From Thermodesulfobacteriota bacterium (lineage in GTDB: Bacteria; Desulfobacterota_D; UBA1144; Nemesobacterales; N074bin48): DNA of 15,877 bases. The stretch covers positions 1-15,877 of the forward strand of contig JBFFSH010000061.1 in assembly GCA_041572575.1 (NCBI GenBank). Direction: 5' to 3'. The position numbers were made by a program, and so were the translations under genes. Positions 1 through 6,978 of the stretch are shown here, piece after piece. Numbering within the stretch: the first letter of the stretch is position 1; every line of letters begins with the position of its first letter. A model generated the notes under the pieces. The model did no database searches and was not told the origin of the DNA. It worked only from the letters and a program-made list of their open reading frames with translations.

Positions 1-68
1 AGCGAAAATATGAGCGTCGCTGCAAAATCAGAAATGCCAAGAAATATATTGAATAGAACATAATTCAT
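1..68 (-). CDS. Possible 5' end of a hydrophobic/membrane protein running off the left edge (MNYVLFNIFLGISDFAATLIFS...)
   Basis: ATG at 68 on the - strand, with GGGG about 10 nt upstream. The frame is open to the window edge and hydrophobic, but only 22 codons are visible. Confidence 0.3.
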   Translation of the reverse strand, partial: MNYVLFNIFLGISDFAATLIFS

Positions 69-286
69 GACTAATATACCCCATGTGTATTATATTCTCA
101 TATTTGGTTTGCCAAATCAATGTTCATAATTTTTAATACCACATCCCCTACCGACTCTGACGCCTCATATTCATATTAAAACCAATCAGTATATATTGTC
201 TCGATTTATACAAAATTCTCGTAACCGACTGTATTCATTAGCAATATTAACAGTTTATAAATTAACAAGTCTTTATAAATTTTGGT

Positions 287-314
287 TTAGTGAATAATCA
301 ATTTTATGTGAAAT
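287..314 (+). other. dif-like (XerC/XerD-type) recombination site candidate
   Basis: TTAGTGAATAA-TCAATT-TTATGTGAAAT has 11-6-11 geometry with ATAA/TTAT inner boundaries. The right arm is 1 mismatch from the E. coli XerD arm TTATGTTAAAT; the left arm is degenerate. Confidence 0.4.
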
Positions 315-675
315 ATATGTAGTATTTTTTATCATTTATTTTTCTAATTTGAGCCCAAATGAAACAAAATTCGAAGCAAATACTGGCTGATATAAAAAAT
401 ATATATAATTTTAAGTATATTGTGGATTTCCCTTCGATTACGAAACATTAAACAGATTTATGCAAAGAACATCCAAAAATAGCGGGCTTTAAACTCAATT
501 TTGCTCCACACTCTACTGCCTTGTAGAGTCCCACAAGGGGGATAAGGGGGGCATGCAATCGCCTATGGGGGTGGTACCCCTCTTTTGATGATTATTCTTA
601 ATATCAATAAGAATTAATATCCACTCTAGGAAAACGAAAAATATCTCTTTTATTTTGATTAATGTTGTTAGGTTC

Positions 676-722
676 TGTATTTATTGTATTGACATACAAT
701 ACATAATGATTACAATATACAC
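676..722 (+). promoter_or_regulatory. Sigma70-type promoter of the RHH-integrase operon with an overlapping inverted-repeat operator
   Basis: TTGACA (689-694), 16-bp spacer, TACAAT (711-716). A perfect inverted repeat TATTGTAT-tgac-ATACAATA (682-701) sits over the -35, with extra TGTAT/ATACA copies nearby. Confidence 0.7.
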
Positions 723-953
723 ATGTCACCAAAAAAACCTATTGGAGATCAACCGATGGAAAAGTCGTTAACCATTAGAACAACAGATGACTTTTTAAAA
801 GCACTAGAAGAAGCTAAATGGCAACTAAGAATGGATAAATCAATGATTATAAGAAAAGCAGTTGAGGAATATATTAGTAATCATTTGCCAGAGAAGGAAC
901 TAAAGAAAATTAACAAGTATTTTAAATCATCTAAGAAAGGGGGTAAAAAATAA
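723..953 (+). CDS. Ribbon-helix-helix (CopG/MetJ/Arc-like) DNA-binding protein
   Basis: Alternating beta-strand SLTIRT, helix DDFLKALEEAKWQL, then DKSMIIRKAVEEYI (the S-x-I-I-R-x-A-V helix B pattern). An alternative start is ATG 756, with GGAGA at 744-748. Confidence 0.8.
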   Translation: MSPKKPIGDQPMEKSLTIRTTDDFLKALEEAKWQLRMDKSMIIRKAVEEYISNHLPEKELKKINKYFKSSKKGGKK

Positions 954-2002
954 TGGGTGTGTTTAAAAGATTAATAAATAGCAAGAAAGGTAAAACTCCA
1001 TATTGGTATATTCGTTATACAGTTAACAAAAAGCCTAAATGGGAATCTATAGGAAAGGTTGGAGAAGTTACAAAAGCTGTAGCAGATGCGATTTTAGCTG
1101 AAAGAAAAAAACAAATTAGGTTGGGTACATATAATTTAATAAATACCAAAATCCCTACCCTAAATGAAATTAAAGATGAATACATTCAATATAAAAGAAA
1201 TATATTAAAAAACAGGTCATGGAAAAAAGATGAATCACATATAAAAAGATGGTCTGATTATTTAGGAAATAAATTATTATCAGAAATCACAGTAAAAGAC
1301 ATTGATAATTACAAATTACAAAGACAAGAAGAAGTAAAGGCGGTTACTGTTAACAGGGAATTACAATCTCTAAGACACCTTTTTAATTTAGCAAAGAAAT
1401 GGAAGAAATTCTTTGGAGAAAACCCGGTGTCAGAATCCAGGTTAATTAAAACAGAAAGCAATAGAAAAAGGATTCTAACTTATGAAGAAGAAGCGATATT
1501 AATAAATCATAGTTCCCCTCATTTAAAGCCTATTGTTCAGAGTGCTTTGCTTACTGCTATGAGGCTTGGTGAACTATTAACACTAAGATGGAAAGATGTA
1601 GATTTAAAAAATAACCTAATTACCATTAGAGCGGAAATTTCAAAAAGTAAAAAGCAAAGAAAAATTCCAATTAGTAAGAGATTGAAAGAAATACTAAAAG
1701 AACAGAGATATATAAGCGGTTTATCAGGAATGGTATTTCTAACCCAAGATGGAAAACCCTACAGTCCCAAAAATTCTAGTGCTTTAAAAAGAACCTTTAC
1801 AACAGCTAGAAAGAAAAGTGACTTAATGGATTTAAGGTTTCACGATCTTAGGCATACGGCGGCTACAAGGATGGCAGAAAACGGAGCTTCTGTAGTAGCT
1901 GTTAAAGAAATATGTGGACATGCGAATCTTAACACTACCTTACAGTATTTTCACCCAGACAAGTCTTTAACTGAAGCTGTAGAGATATTAGCTAATCAAT
2001 AA
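953..2002 (+). CDS. Tyrosine recombinase / phage-type integrase
   Basis: Catalytic set is present: R (TAMRLGEL), K (SKSKK), HxxR (FHDLRH), H (CGH), Y (TTLQYFH). N-terminal arm-binding-like strands (YWYIRY..WESIG) and a core-binding domain (TVNRELQSLRHLFNLA). TAATG overlap with the RHH stop codon. Confidence 0.95.
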   Translation: MGVFKRLINSKKGKTPYWYIRYTVNKKPKWESIGKVGEVTKAVADAILAERKKQIRLGTYNLINTKIPTLNEIKDEYIQYKRNILKNRSWKKDESHIKRWSDYLGNKLLSEITVKDIDNYKLQRQEEVKAVTVNRELQSLRHLFNLAKKWKKFFGENPVSESRLIKTESNRKRILTYEEEAILINHSSPHLKPIVQSALLTAMRLGELLTLRWKDVDLKNNLITIRAEISKSKKQRKIPISKRLKEILKEQRYISGLSGMVFLTQDGKPYSPKNSSALKRTFTTARKKSDLMDLRFHDLRHTAATRMAENGASVVAVKEICGHANLNTTLQYFHPDKSLTEAVEILANQ

Positions 2003-2040
2003 AAAACCCACAACCAAAGGGTTAGCTCTGATTATGGGTT
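2001..2040 (-). terminator. Intrinsic terminator for the IPTL-CTERM gene
   Basis: On the - strand, AACCCATAATCAGAG-ctaacc-CTTTGGTTGTGGGTT forms a 15-bp stem with 3 G-U pairs, followed by a U-run. Those pairs would be A-C mismatches on the + strand, so it is polarised to -. Confidence 0.7.
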
Positions 2041-2064
2041 AATTCTAATTAAATTGTTATTAGA

Positions 2065-2808
2065 TTATTCTAATTCCGAATCCTTAACCCTTCTTAACCT
2101 GATTACAGCAAAGAATCCAAGAAGTATAGTTGCTATAACAATACCCCATTGACCCATTGTTGGAATTATAGTTATTGGTCCAGTAGTACAGAACTCAAGA
2201 TTTAGAAATGTATTACCGTCTTGGGGATCATCAGTATTAGTACTGCCAAAAACAAGCTCAGACTCAAAAATCTGACCTTGGGTTGTGAGAGCCCCACCAA
2301 TGGCTATTTGTCCTCCAGCCGCAGCATTGAGAGCATTAATTCCATCATTATTTAAATTAACAGTTACAAATTGACCATTATCAGCGGCTGATACAGTTGT
2401 AGACCCAAAACTCACACCACCTCCAAGATCATTATAAGCCGCTACACCTGCAGTTCCTGCAATAAGATTGGCAATATTTGTAGTTACATCGTAAATACTG
2501 AAAGTTTCAGTCGGGTCTGGACTAATATAACCCGGAAACGGTCCCGGTCCCACATTAGGGTTAAAAAGAACCAGACTGGCCGCACATATTTGAGTAGATG
2601 AAAGATCGAAAACAAAAAAATCATGAAAAATTTCATTGTTCTCGGCACCTGCTATATAATTAGTATTGCTTGGAGTGTGATCCCCTAAGTTATCATACCA
2701 ACCACGCTCAGTAGTATTAATTGGTACACCGGCTGATGCTGTTTGTACATTTATGCCTAAAAACATTAAAAGCGTAATTGTAAAACATACTTGTATAAAA
2801 AGTTTCAC
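2065..2808 (-). CDS. Secreted surface protein with IPTL-CTERM (exosortase) sorting signal
   Basis: GTG start with AAGGAGG SD and a signal peptide ending in ASA. The C-terminus has IPTMGQWG, a hydrophobic helix and basic RLRR. The body is rich in G/N/T/D. Confidence 0.85.
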   Translation of the reverse strand: MKLFIQVCFTITLLMFLGINVQTASAGVPINTTERGWYDNLGDHTPSNTNYIAGAENNEIFHDFFVFDLSSTQICAASLVLFNPNVGPGPFPGYISPDPTETFSIYDVTTNIANLIAGTAGVAAYNDLGGGVSFGSTTVSAADNGQFVTVNLNNDGINALNAAAGGQIAIGGALTTQGQIFESELVFGSTNTDDPQDGNTFLNLEFCTTGPITIIPTMGQWGIVIATILLGFFAVIRLRRVKDSELE

Positions 2809-2959
2809 TATTATATTCCTCCTTCTCTAACTAAAGCTATTTACTTGTTCATATCACATATACACTTAAAATACAAGCTATATTACTCAAGTAATTGCTT
2901 ACCGTAATCTTAAGTATAATATTTTAGGGGTTAACTCAGTATTGACACTACTCTTAAAA

Positions 2960-3016
2960 TTATAGCTTCTCTACTGCCCTGCACTTATGCTACTTAGACA
3001 CATGGCTGTAGATCAT
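2960..3016 (-). pseudogene. Relic of a tyrosine integrase C-terminus (MIYSHVSK*HKCRAVEKL*)
   Basis: Manual translation matches the (TT)MIYxH...xxAVEKL tail typical of integrases, including the catalytic Tyr. There is an internal TAG and no in-frame upstream continuation. Confidence 0.55.
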
Positions 3017-3054
3017 GGGGTTTATTTATACAAATAATATAATAATTTACGTGG

Positions 3055-3077
3055 AACTGTAGCAAAAACTGTAGCAA
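3055..3077 (+). repeat. Tandem direct repeat AACTGTAGCAA x2 (candidate integrase arm-type sites)
   Basis: Identical 11-mers at 3055-3065 and 3067-3077, about 45 bp beyond the tRNA CCA end. Confidence 0.65.
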
Positions 3078-3105
3078 TAAATTGAATAGAAATCAGAAAA
3101 AGTTA

Positions 3106-3118
3106 TAACCTATTGATA
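3106..3118 (-). promoter_or_regulatory. IHF consensus site in the att region
   Basis: TAACCTATTGATA is the reverse complement of TATCAATAGGTTA, a perfect match to WATCAANNNNTTR, 4 bp from the tRNA 3' end. Confidence 0.6.
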
Positions 3119-3122
3119 TTAT

Positions 3123-3198
3123 TGGCTCCGGAGGAGGGGCTCGAACCCCCGACCTAGTGATTAACAGTCACCCGCTCTGCCAGCTGAGCTACTCCGGA
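3123..3198 (-). tRNA. tRNA-Asn (GTT)
   Basis: TCCGGAGTAGCTCAGCTGGCAGAGCGGGTGACTGTTAATCACTAGGTCGGGGGTTCGAGCCCCTCCTCCGGAGCCA: 76 nt, 7-bp acceptor stem, anticodon loop CTGTTAA, TTCGA T-loop, G73 and encoded CCA. Confidence 0.97.
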
Positions 3199-3219
3199 AC
3201 TAAATAAAAAAAGAATTAC

Positions 3220-3247
3220 ATTTTATCTAAACAATAATTTCAGTCAA
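3220..3247 (-). promoter_or_regulatory. Putative sigma70 promoter of tRNA-Asn
   Basis: On the - strand: TTGACT (3247-3242), 16 bp, TAAAAT (3225-3220), ending about 20 bp before the tRNA. Confidence 0.5.
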
Positions 3248-3299
3248 GCATTATATATGCTTGTAAACCAATATGGATTATACCTGAAATAGATAATTA

Positions 3300-3327
3300 T
3301 TTACTTAATAGCTTCAGTAATTATAAT
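3300..3327 (+). promoter_or_regulatory. Putative sigma70 promoter of the sigma-factor gene
   Basis: TTTACT (3300-3305), 16 bp, TATAAT (3322-3327). The AT-rich context weakens the call. Confidence 0.35.
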
Positions 3328-3400
3328 TTTAGGGATTCCTGCTATTGCTAACTTCATCTAAAGTGAATATGTTTTAGTAATACAATTAAGAAAAATCGAA

Positions 3401-4336
3401 ATGAAAAAGAAAAAGAATGAGACTAAAATTGAGCCTGAAATTGAAGTAGAACCGGCCGGGAAAACTGAACCTATCTCTCATACACAGCTTCCCGCAACTA
3501 CTAATACTATTGAAAGATACCTGGCTGAAATAAGCAACCACCCCGTTCTAAGCAGAGAAGAAGAACACAAACTCGCTATGAAGTATAAAGAGGATGGTGA
3601 CTTAGAAGCGGCAAGACAGTTAATCAGAGCCAATCTTAAATTTGTAGTAAAAGTGGCAAATGAATACAAAAACTACGGCATAAACCCCATGGATGTGATT
3701 CAGGAAGGCAATCTGGGACTCATGCAGGCTGTAAAAAGATTCGATCCTACCAGGGGTTACAGGCTAATATCCTATGCAGTGTGGTGGATTAGGGCCTATA
3801 TACAAAACTATATAGTTAAGTCCTGGAGTCTTGTAAAAGTTGGAACTACACAGGCTCAGCGCAAGCTTTTTTATAAGCTACGGTCTACAAAAAACGAGAT
3901 GGATCTGAGTAAGCAGGTGCTTAGTGCTGAAGATTACAAGCTTCTGGCAAACAAGCTTGGAGTTTCAGATGATGCCGTTATAGAAATGGACAAGAGGATG
4001 AGAACCAAAGACTTTTCACTCGACACTGAGATAAAAGATAAATCCGAGGCTACTCACCTTGACTTCGTAGAAGATAAACATTTGGGCCAGGATGATATCG
4101 TATCAAAATCAGAGCAGGAAGTTGCAGTGCAGCAAGGCCTCACGGATGCACTTGAACTATTAAATGAAAGGGAACAATTTATTATAAAAAACAGGGTTCT
4201 TACAGATACTCCGCTTACTTTGGAAGAGATTGGCCAGAAATATAAAATCTCCAGAGAACGAGTGCGTCAGATAGAAAGCGCTGCACTTAAGAAAATAAGG
4301 GGTGTATTTGAACAAATGGGAATTGAAGGGATATAG
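3401..4336 (+). CDS. rpoH: RNA polymerase sigma factor, RpoH/sigma-32 family
   Basis: Region 2 DVIQEGNLGLMQAVKRFDP..YAVWWIRA, RpoH box TTQAQRKLFYKLR, and region 4 HTH TLEEIG..ISRERVRQIE. Confidence 0.85.
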   Translation: MKKKKNETKIEPEIEVEPAGKTEPISHTQLPATTNTIERYLAEISNHPVLSREEEHKLAMKYKEDGDLEAARQLIRANLKFVVKVANEYKNYGINPMDVIQEGNLGLMQAVKRFDPTRGYRLISYAVWWIRAYIQNYIVKSWSLVKVGTTQAQRKLFYKLRSTKNEMDLSKQVLSAEDYKLLANKLGVSDDAVIEMDKRMRTKDFSLDTEIKDKSEATHLDFVEDKHLGQDDIVSKSEQEVAVQQGLTDALELLNEREQFIIKNRVLTDTPLTLEEIGQKYKISRERVRQIESAALKKIRGVFEQMGIEGI

Positions 4337-6970
4337 TTAATTACCGCTTATAACTGAATAGACTGAGTCCAGAGCTTCATTTAACTTTTCCGGTTTTGTA
4401 CCGCCTGCCTGAGCCATATCGGGTCTGCCACCACCTTTACCACCAACAATAGAAGCTATTTCACTTATGATCTTGCCGGCATTGTATTTATTCTTAATAT
4501 CATTTGTAATACCAGCAAGCAAAAAGGCTTTATCAGCAGATTTGCTTCCAAGCACAGCAACCAGAGCCTTATTCTTAGACTTTAGATCATCCCATACCTT
4601 TCTTAGCTCATTTGGATTGCTATCGGGTATCTCCATCGAGAGCACATTAACCCCGTCTATCTCTTTTGCATTCTTGATTAAATCCTGAGTTTGAGAAGAA
4701 ATACTCTTTGACCTTATCTCATCAAGCTCTTTTTTATATTTTTCGTTCTCTTCAATAACTTTTTTAAGCCTGGGGATTAAATCAGAAGGCGGCGATTTTA
4801 GTATTTCTGAAGCTTGAGTAATTTTATCTTCATATCCACGCATATAGTTCCAGCATGCCTCACCCGTGAGTGCCTCAATCCTTCTCACACCAGCTGCAGA
4901 AGATGTCTCGGTAATTATTTTAAATAGACCGGCTTCTCCGGTGCCCTCAAGATGGGTTCCTCCGCAAAGCTCCTTGCTGTAGTCTCCAATTGAGACAACC
5001 CTCACTTTATCCCCATACTTTTCTTCAAATATAGCAGTTGCTCCGGATTTAACTGCTTCATCATAAGGCACGTCTGCCTCTGTGATCACTGAATCATCGA
5101 GCCTCAGCCTCGAGTTTACTATTTCCTCAATCTTTCTTAATTTTTTACTATCAATCGATTCAAAATGAGAGAAATCAAACCTTAGCCTCTCCGGTCCCAC
5201 ATATGAGCCTGCCTGAGCTATATGATCTCCTACTATTTCTTTTAATGTTGCCTGAAGGATATGTGTTGCTGTATGATGTGACTTTGCTCCCTGCCTGAAT
5301 TTCTTATTAACTTTTAACTGAGCTTTATCACCAACCCAGATAGTTCCTTTCTTTACCATACATGTATGCACAAACAGGTTAATAAGAGGCTTTTGTGTAT
5401 CCAGCACTTCTACCTCTCCGTTTTCAGATGTAATAGTCCCTCTGTCACCAACCTGACCACCCGACTCACCGTAGAAAGGCGTCCTGTCACATATAACTTC
5501 TACTGTTTGCCCTTCATTTGCATTATCAATGAGCTGCCCTGAGCTTATTATTGCTGTTATCCTGCCTTCATCTGAAAGTTTACTGTATCCTGTAAATTCT
5601 GTTGAAAGACCTCCTGATGAGAATTCCTTATAAAGAGGAATAAGCTGTTCTTCCCCTGAGCCCTTCCACGCCTTACGGGACTTATTTTTCTGTACTTCCA
5701 TGTTGTCATTAAATCCCTTCACGTCTACTGTAAGATCGCTGTCTTTTGCAATATCCTCAGTAAGATCGAGCGGAAATCCAAAAGTATCATAGAGCTTAAA
5801 GGCAAAATCCCCCGGGATGTTTTTATCATCTTTATGCTTTTCAATCTCCAGGTTTAAAAGCTCAAGCCCTCTGTCTATGGTTTCAAAAAATCGCTCTTCT
5901 TCATTCTTAATCACAGAAGTCACAAAACTAAGACGTTCATTAAGCTCGGGATAGGTGTCTCCCATTTTTTCAGACAATAGTTCAGATGCCTTAAACAGTG
6001 TAGGCTCTGTAACGTCTAGCTTTCTAATGTGCCTTACTGCCCTTCTAAGTATTCGCCTAAGTACATAGCCCCTTCCCTCATTGGAGGGTAGGACACCATC
6101 GGAGATCAAAAATGTAAGAGCCCTTATGTGATCGGATACAACCCTCAGTGAAATATCGGTTTTTTCATCCCTTCCATACTCTGTTGCCGTAAGCTGCTCG
6201 AATTTTGATATGATTTCTCTTATTAGATCTGTTTCATAGTTGCTTTTTACTCCCTGAATTACAGCAGTGATCCGCTCAAGTCCCATTCCGGTATCTATGC
6301 TTGGGTTTGGAAGCTTTGTCATATTGCCCTTTGCATCCCGGTCAAACTGCATAAACACCAGGTTCCAGAGTTCTAAGTAGCGGTCACACTCACATCCCAC
6401 TGCACAAGAAGGCATTCCACAACCAAATGCCTCTCCCTGATCGATAAGTATCTCTGAGCATGGACCGCAGGGCCCCGTATCTCCCATAGACCAAAAGTTA
6501 TCCTTTTCATCCATTCGCAGGACTCTGGATTTTGGAAGGCCCATTTTTTTGTTCCAGAGATCAAAGGCCTCATCATCATCCCTGAATACTGTTACCCAAA
6601 GCTTACTTTTGGGAAGTTTATAAACTTCTGTTATTAACTCCCAGCCAAACTCTATCGCCTTTTCTTTGAAATAATCTCCAAACGAAAAGTTTCCGAGCAT
6701 CTCAAAGAAGGTGTGATGTCTTGCAGTTACTCCAACGTTTTCAAGGTCATTGTGCTTACCCCCTGCCCTTACGCACTTCTGTGATGAGGTAGCCTTGTTG
6801 TAATCTCTTTTTTCTAATCCCAAGAATACATCTTTAAACTGAACCATACCTGCATTTGTAAAAAGCAGTGTAGGGTCGTTTTTGGGTATTAGTGATGAGC
6901 TTTTTACAATCGTGTGATCTTTTTGCTCAAAATATTTTAAAAATGTATCTCTTACTTCTTTTCCGGTCAT
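4337..6970 (-). CDS. alaS: Alanine--tRNA ligase
   Basis: DPTLLFTNAGMVQFK, RHHTFFEMLGNFSFGDYFK, editing motifs HHTATH and ELCGGTH, and C-Ala GGKGGGRPDMAQAGG; 877 aa. Confidence 0.99.
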   Translation of the reverse strand: MTGKEVRDTFLKYFEQKDHTIVKSSSLIPKNDPTLLFTNAGMVQFKDVFLGLEKRDYNKATSSQKCVRAGGKHNDLENVGVTARHHTFFEMLGNFSFGDYFKEKAIEFGWELITEVYKLPKSKLWVTVFRDDDEAFDLWNKKMGLPKSRVLRMDEKDNFWSMGDTGPCGPCSEILIDQGEAFGCGMPSCAVGCECDRYLELWNLVFMQFDRDAKGNMTKLPNPSIDTGMGLERITAVIQGVKSNYETDLIREIISKFEQLTATEYGRDEKTDISLRVVSDHIRALTFLISDGVLPSNEGRGYVLRRILRRAVRHIRKLDVTEPTLFKASELLSEKMGDTYPELNERLSFVTSVIKNEEERFFETIDRGLELLNLEIEKHKDDKNIPGDFAFKLYDTFGFPLDLTEDIAKDSDLTVDVKGFNDNMEVQKNKSRKAWKGSGEEQLIPLYKEFSSGGLSTEFTGYSKLSDEGRITAIISSGQLIDNANEGQTVEVICDRTPFYGESGGQVGDRGTITSENGEVEVLDTQKPLINLFVHTCMVKKGTIWVGDKAQLKVNKKFRQGAKSHHTATHILQATLKEIVGDHIAQAGSYVGPERLRFDFSHFESIDSKKLRKIEEIVNSRLRLDDSVITEADVPYDEAVKSGATAIFEEKYGDKVRVVSIGDYSKELCGGTHLEGTGEAGLFKIITETSSAAGVRRIEALTGEACWNYMRGYEDKITQASEILKSPPSDLIPRLKKVIEENEKYKKELDEIRSKSISSQTQDLIKNAKEIDGVNVLSMEIPDSNPNELRKVWDDLKSKNKALVAVLGSKSADKAFLLAGITNDIKNKYNAGKIISEIASIVGGKGGGRPDMAQAGGTKPEKLNEALDSVYSVISGN

Positions 6971-6978
6971 AATTTCAG

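Larger units (their letters stand above)
676..3122. mobile_element. tRNA-Asn-associated integrative element / genomic island end (left boundary not determined; probably extends beyond the window)
   Basis: Integrase, RHH and cargo lie immediately beyond the tRNA 3' end, with arm-like repeats and an IHF site. The integrase region is visibly more AT-rich than the core genes. No second copy of the tRNA 3' end is seen in the window. Confidence 0.75.

Noticed and set aside
246..281. Imperfect tandem ATTAACA(A)GT(C)TTTATAA x2
   Set aside because: Only two degenerate, almost pure-AT copies; not an array or iteron set.
511..2978. CTCTACTGCC shared between 511-520 and 2969-2978
   Set aside because: A 10-bp match that does not extend. 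The second copy is explained as the AVE codons of the integrase relic, so chance is plausible.
3030..3057. TTACGTGGAAC as a second dif-like XerD arm
   Set aside because: Several mismatches, and no ATAA at the required 6-bp spacing.
3478..3669. 63-aa antisense ORF inside the sigma-factor gene
   Set aside because: Shadow ORF of a well-supported gene; no recognisable motifs.
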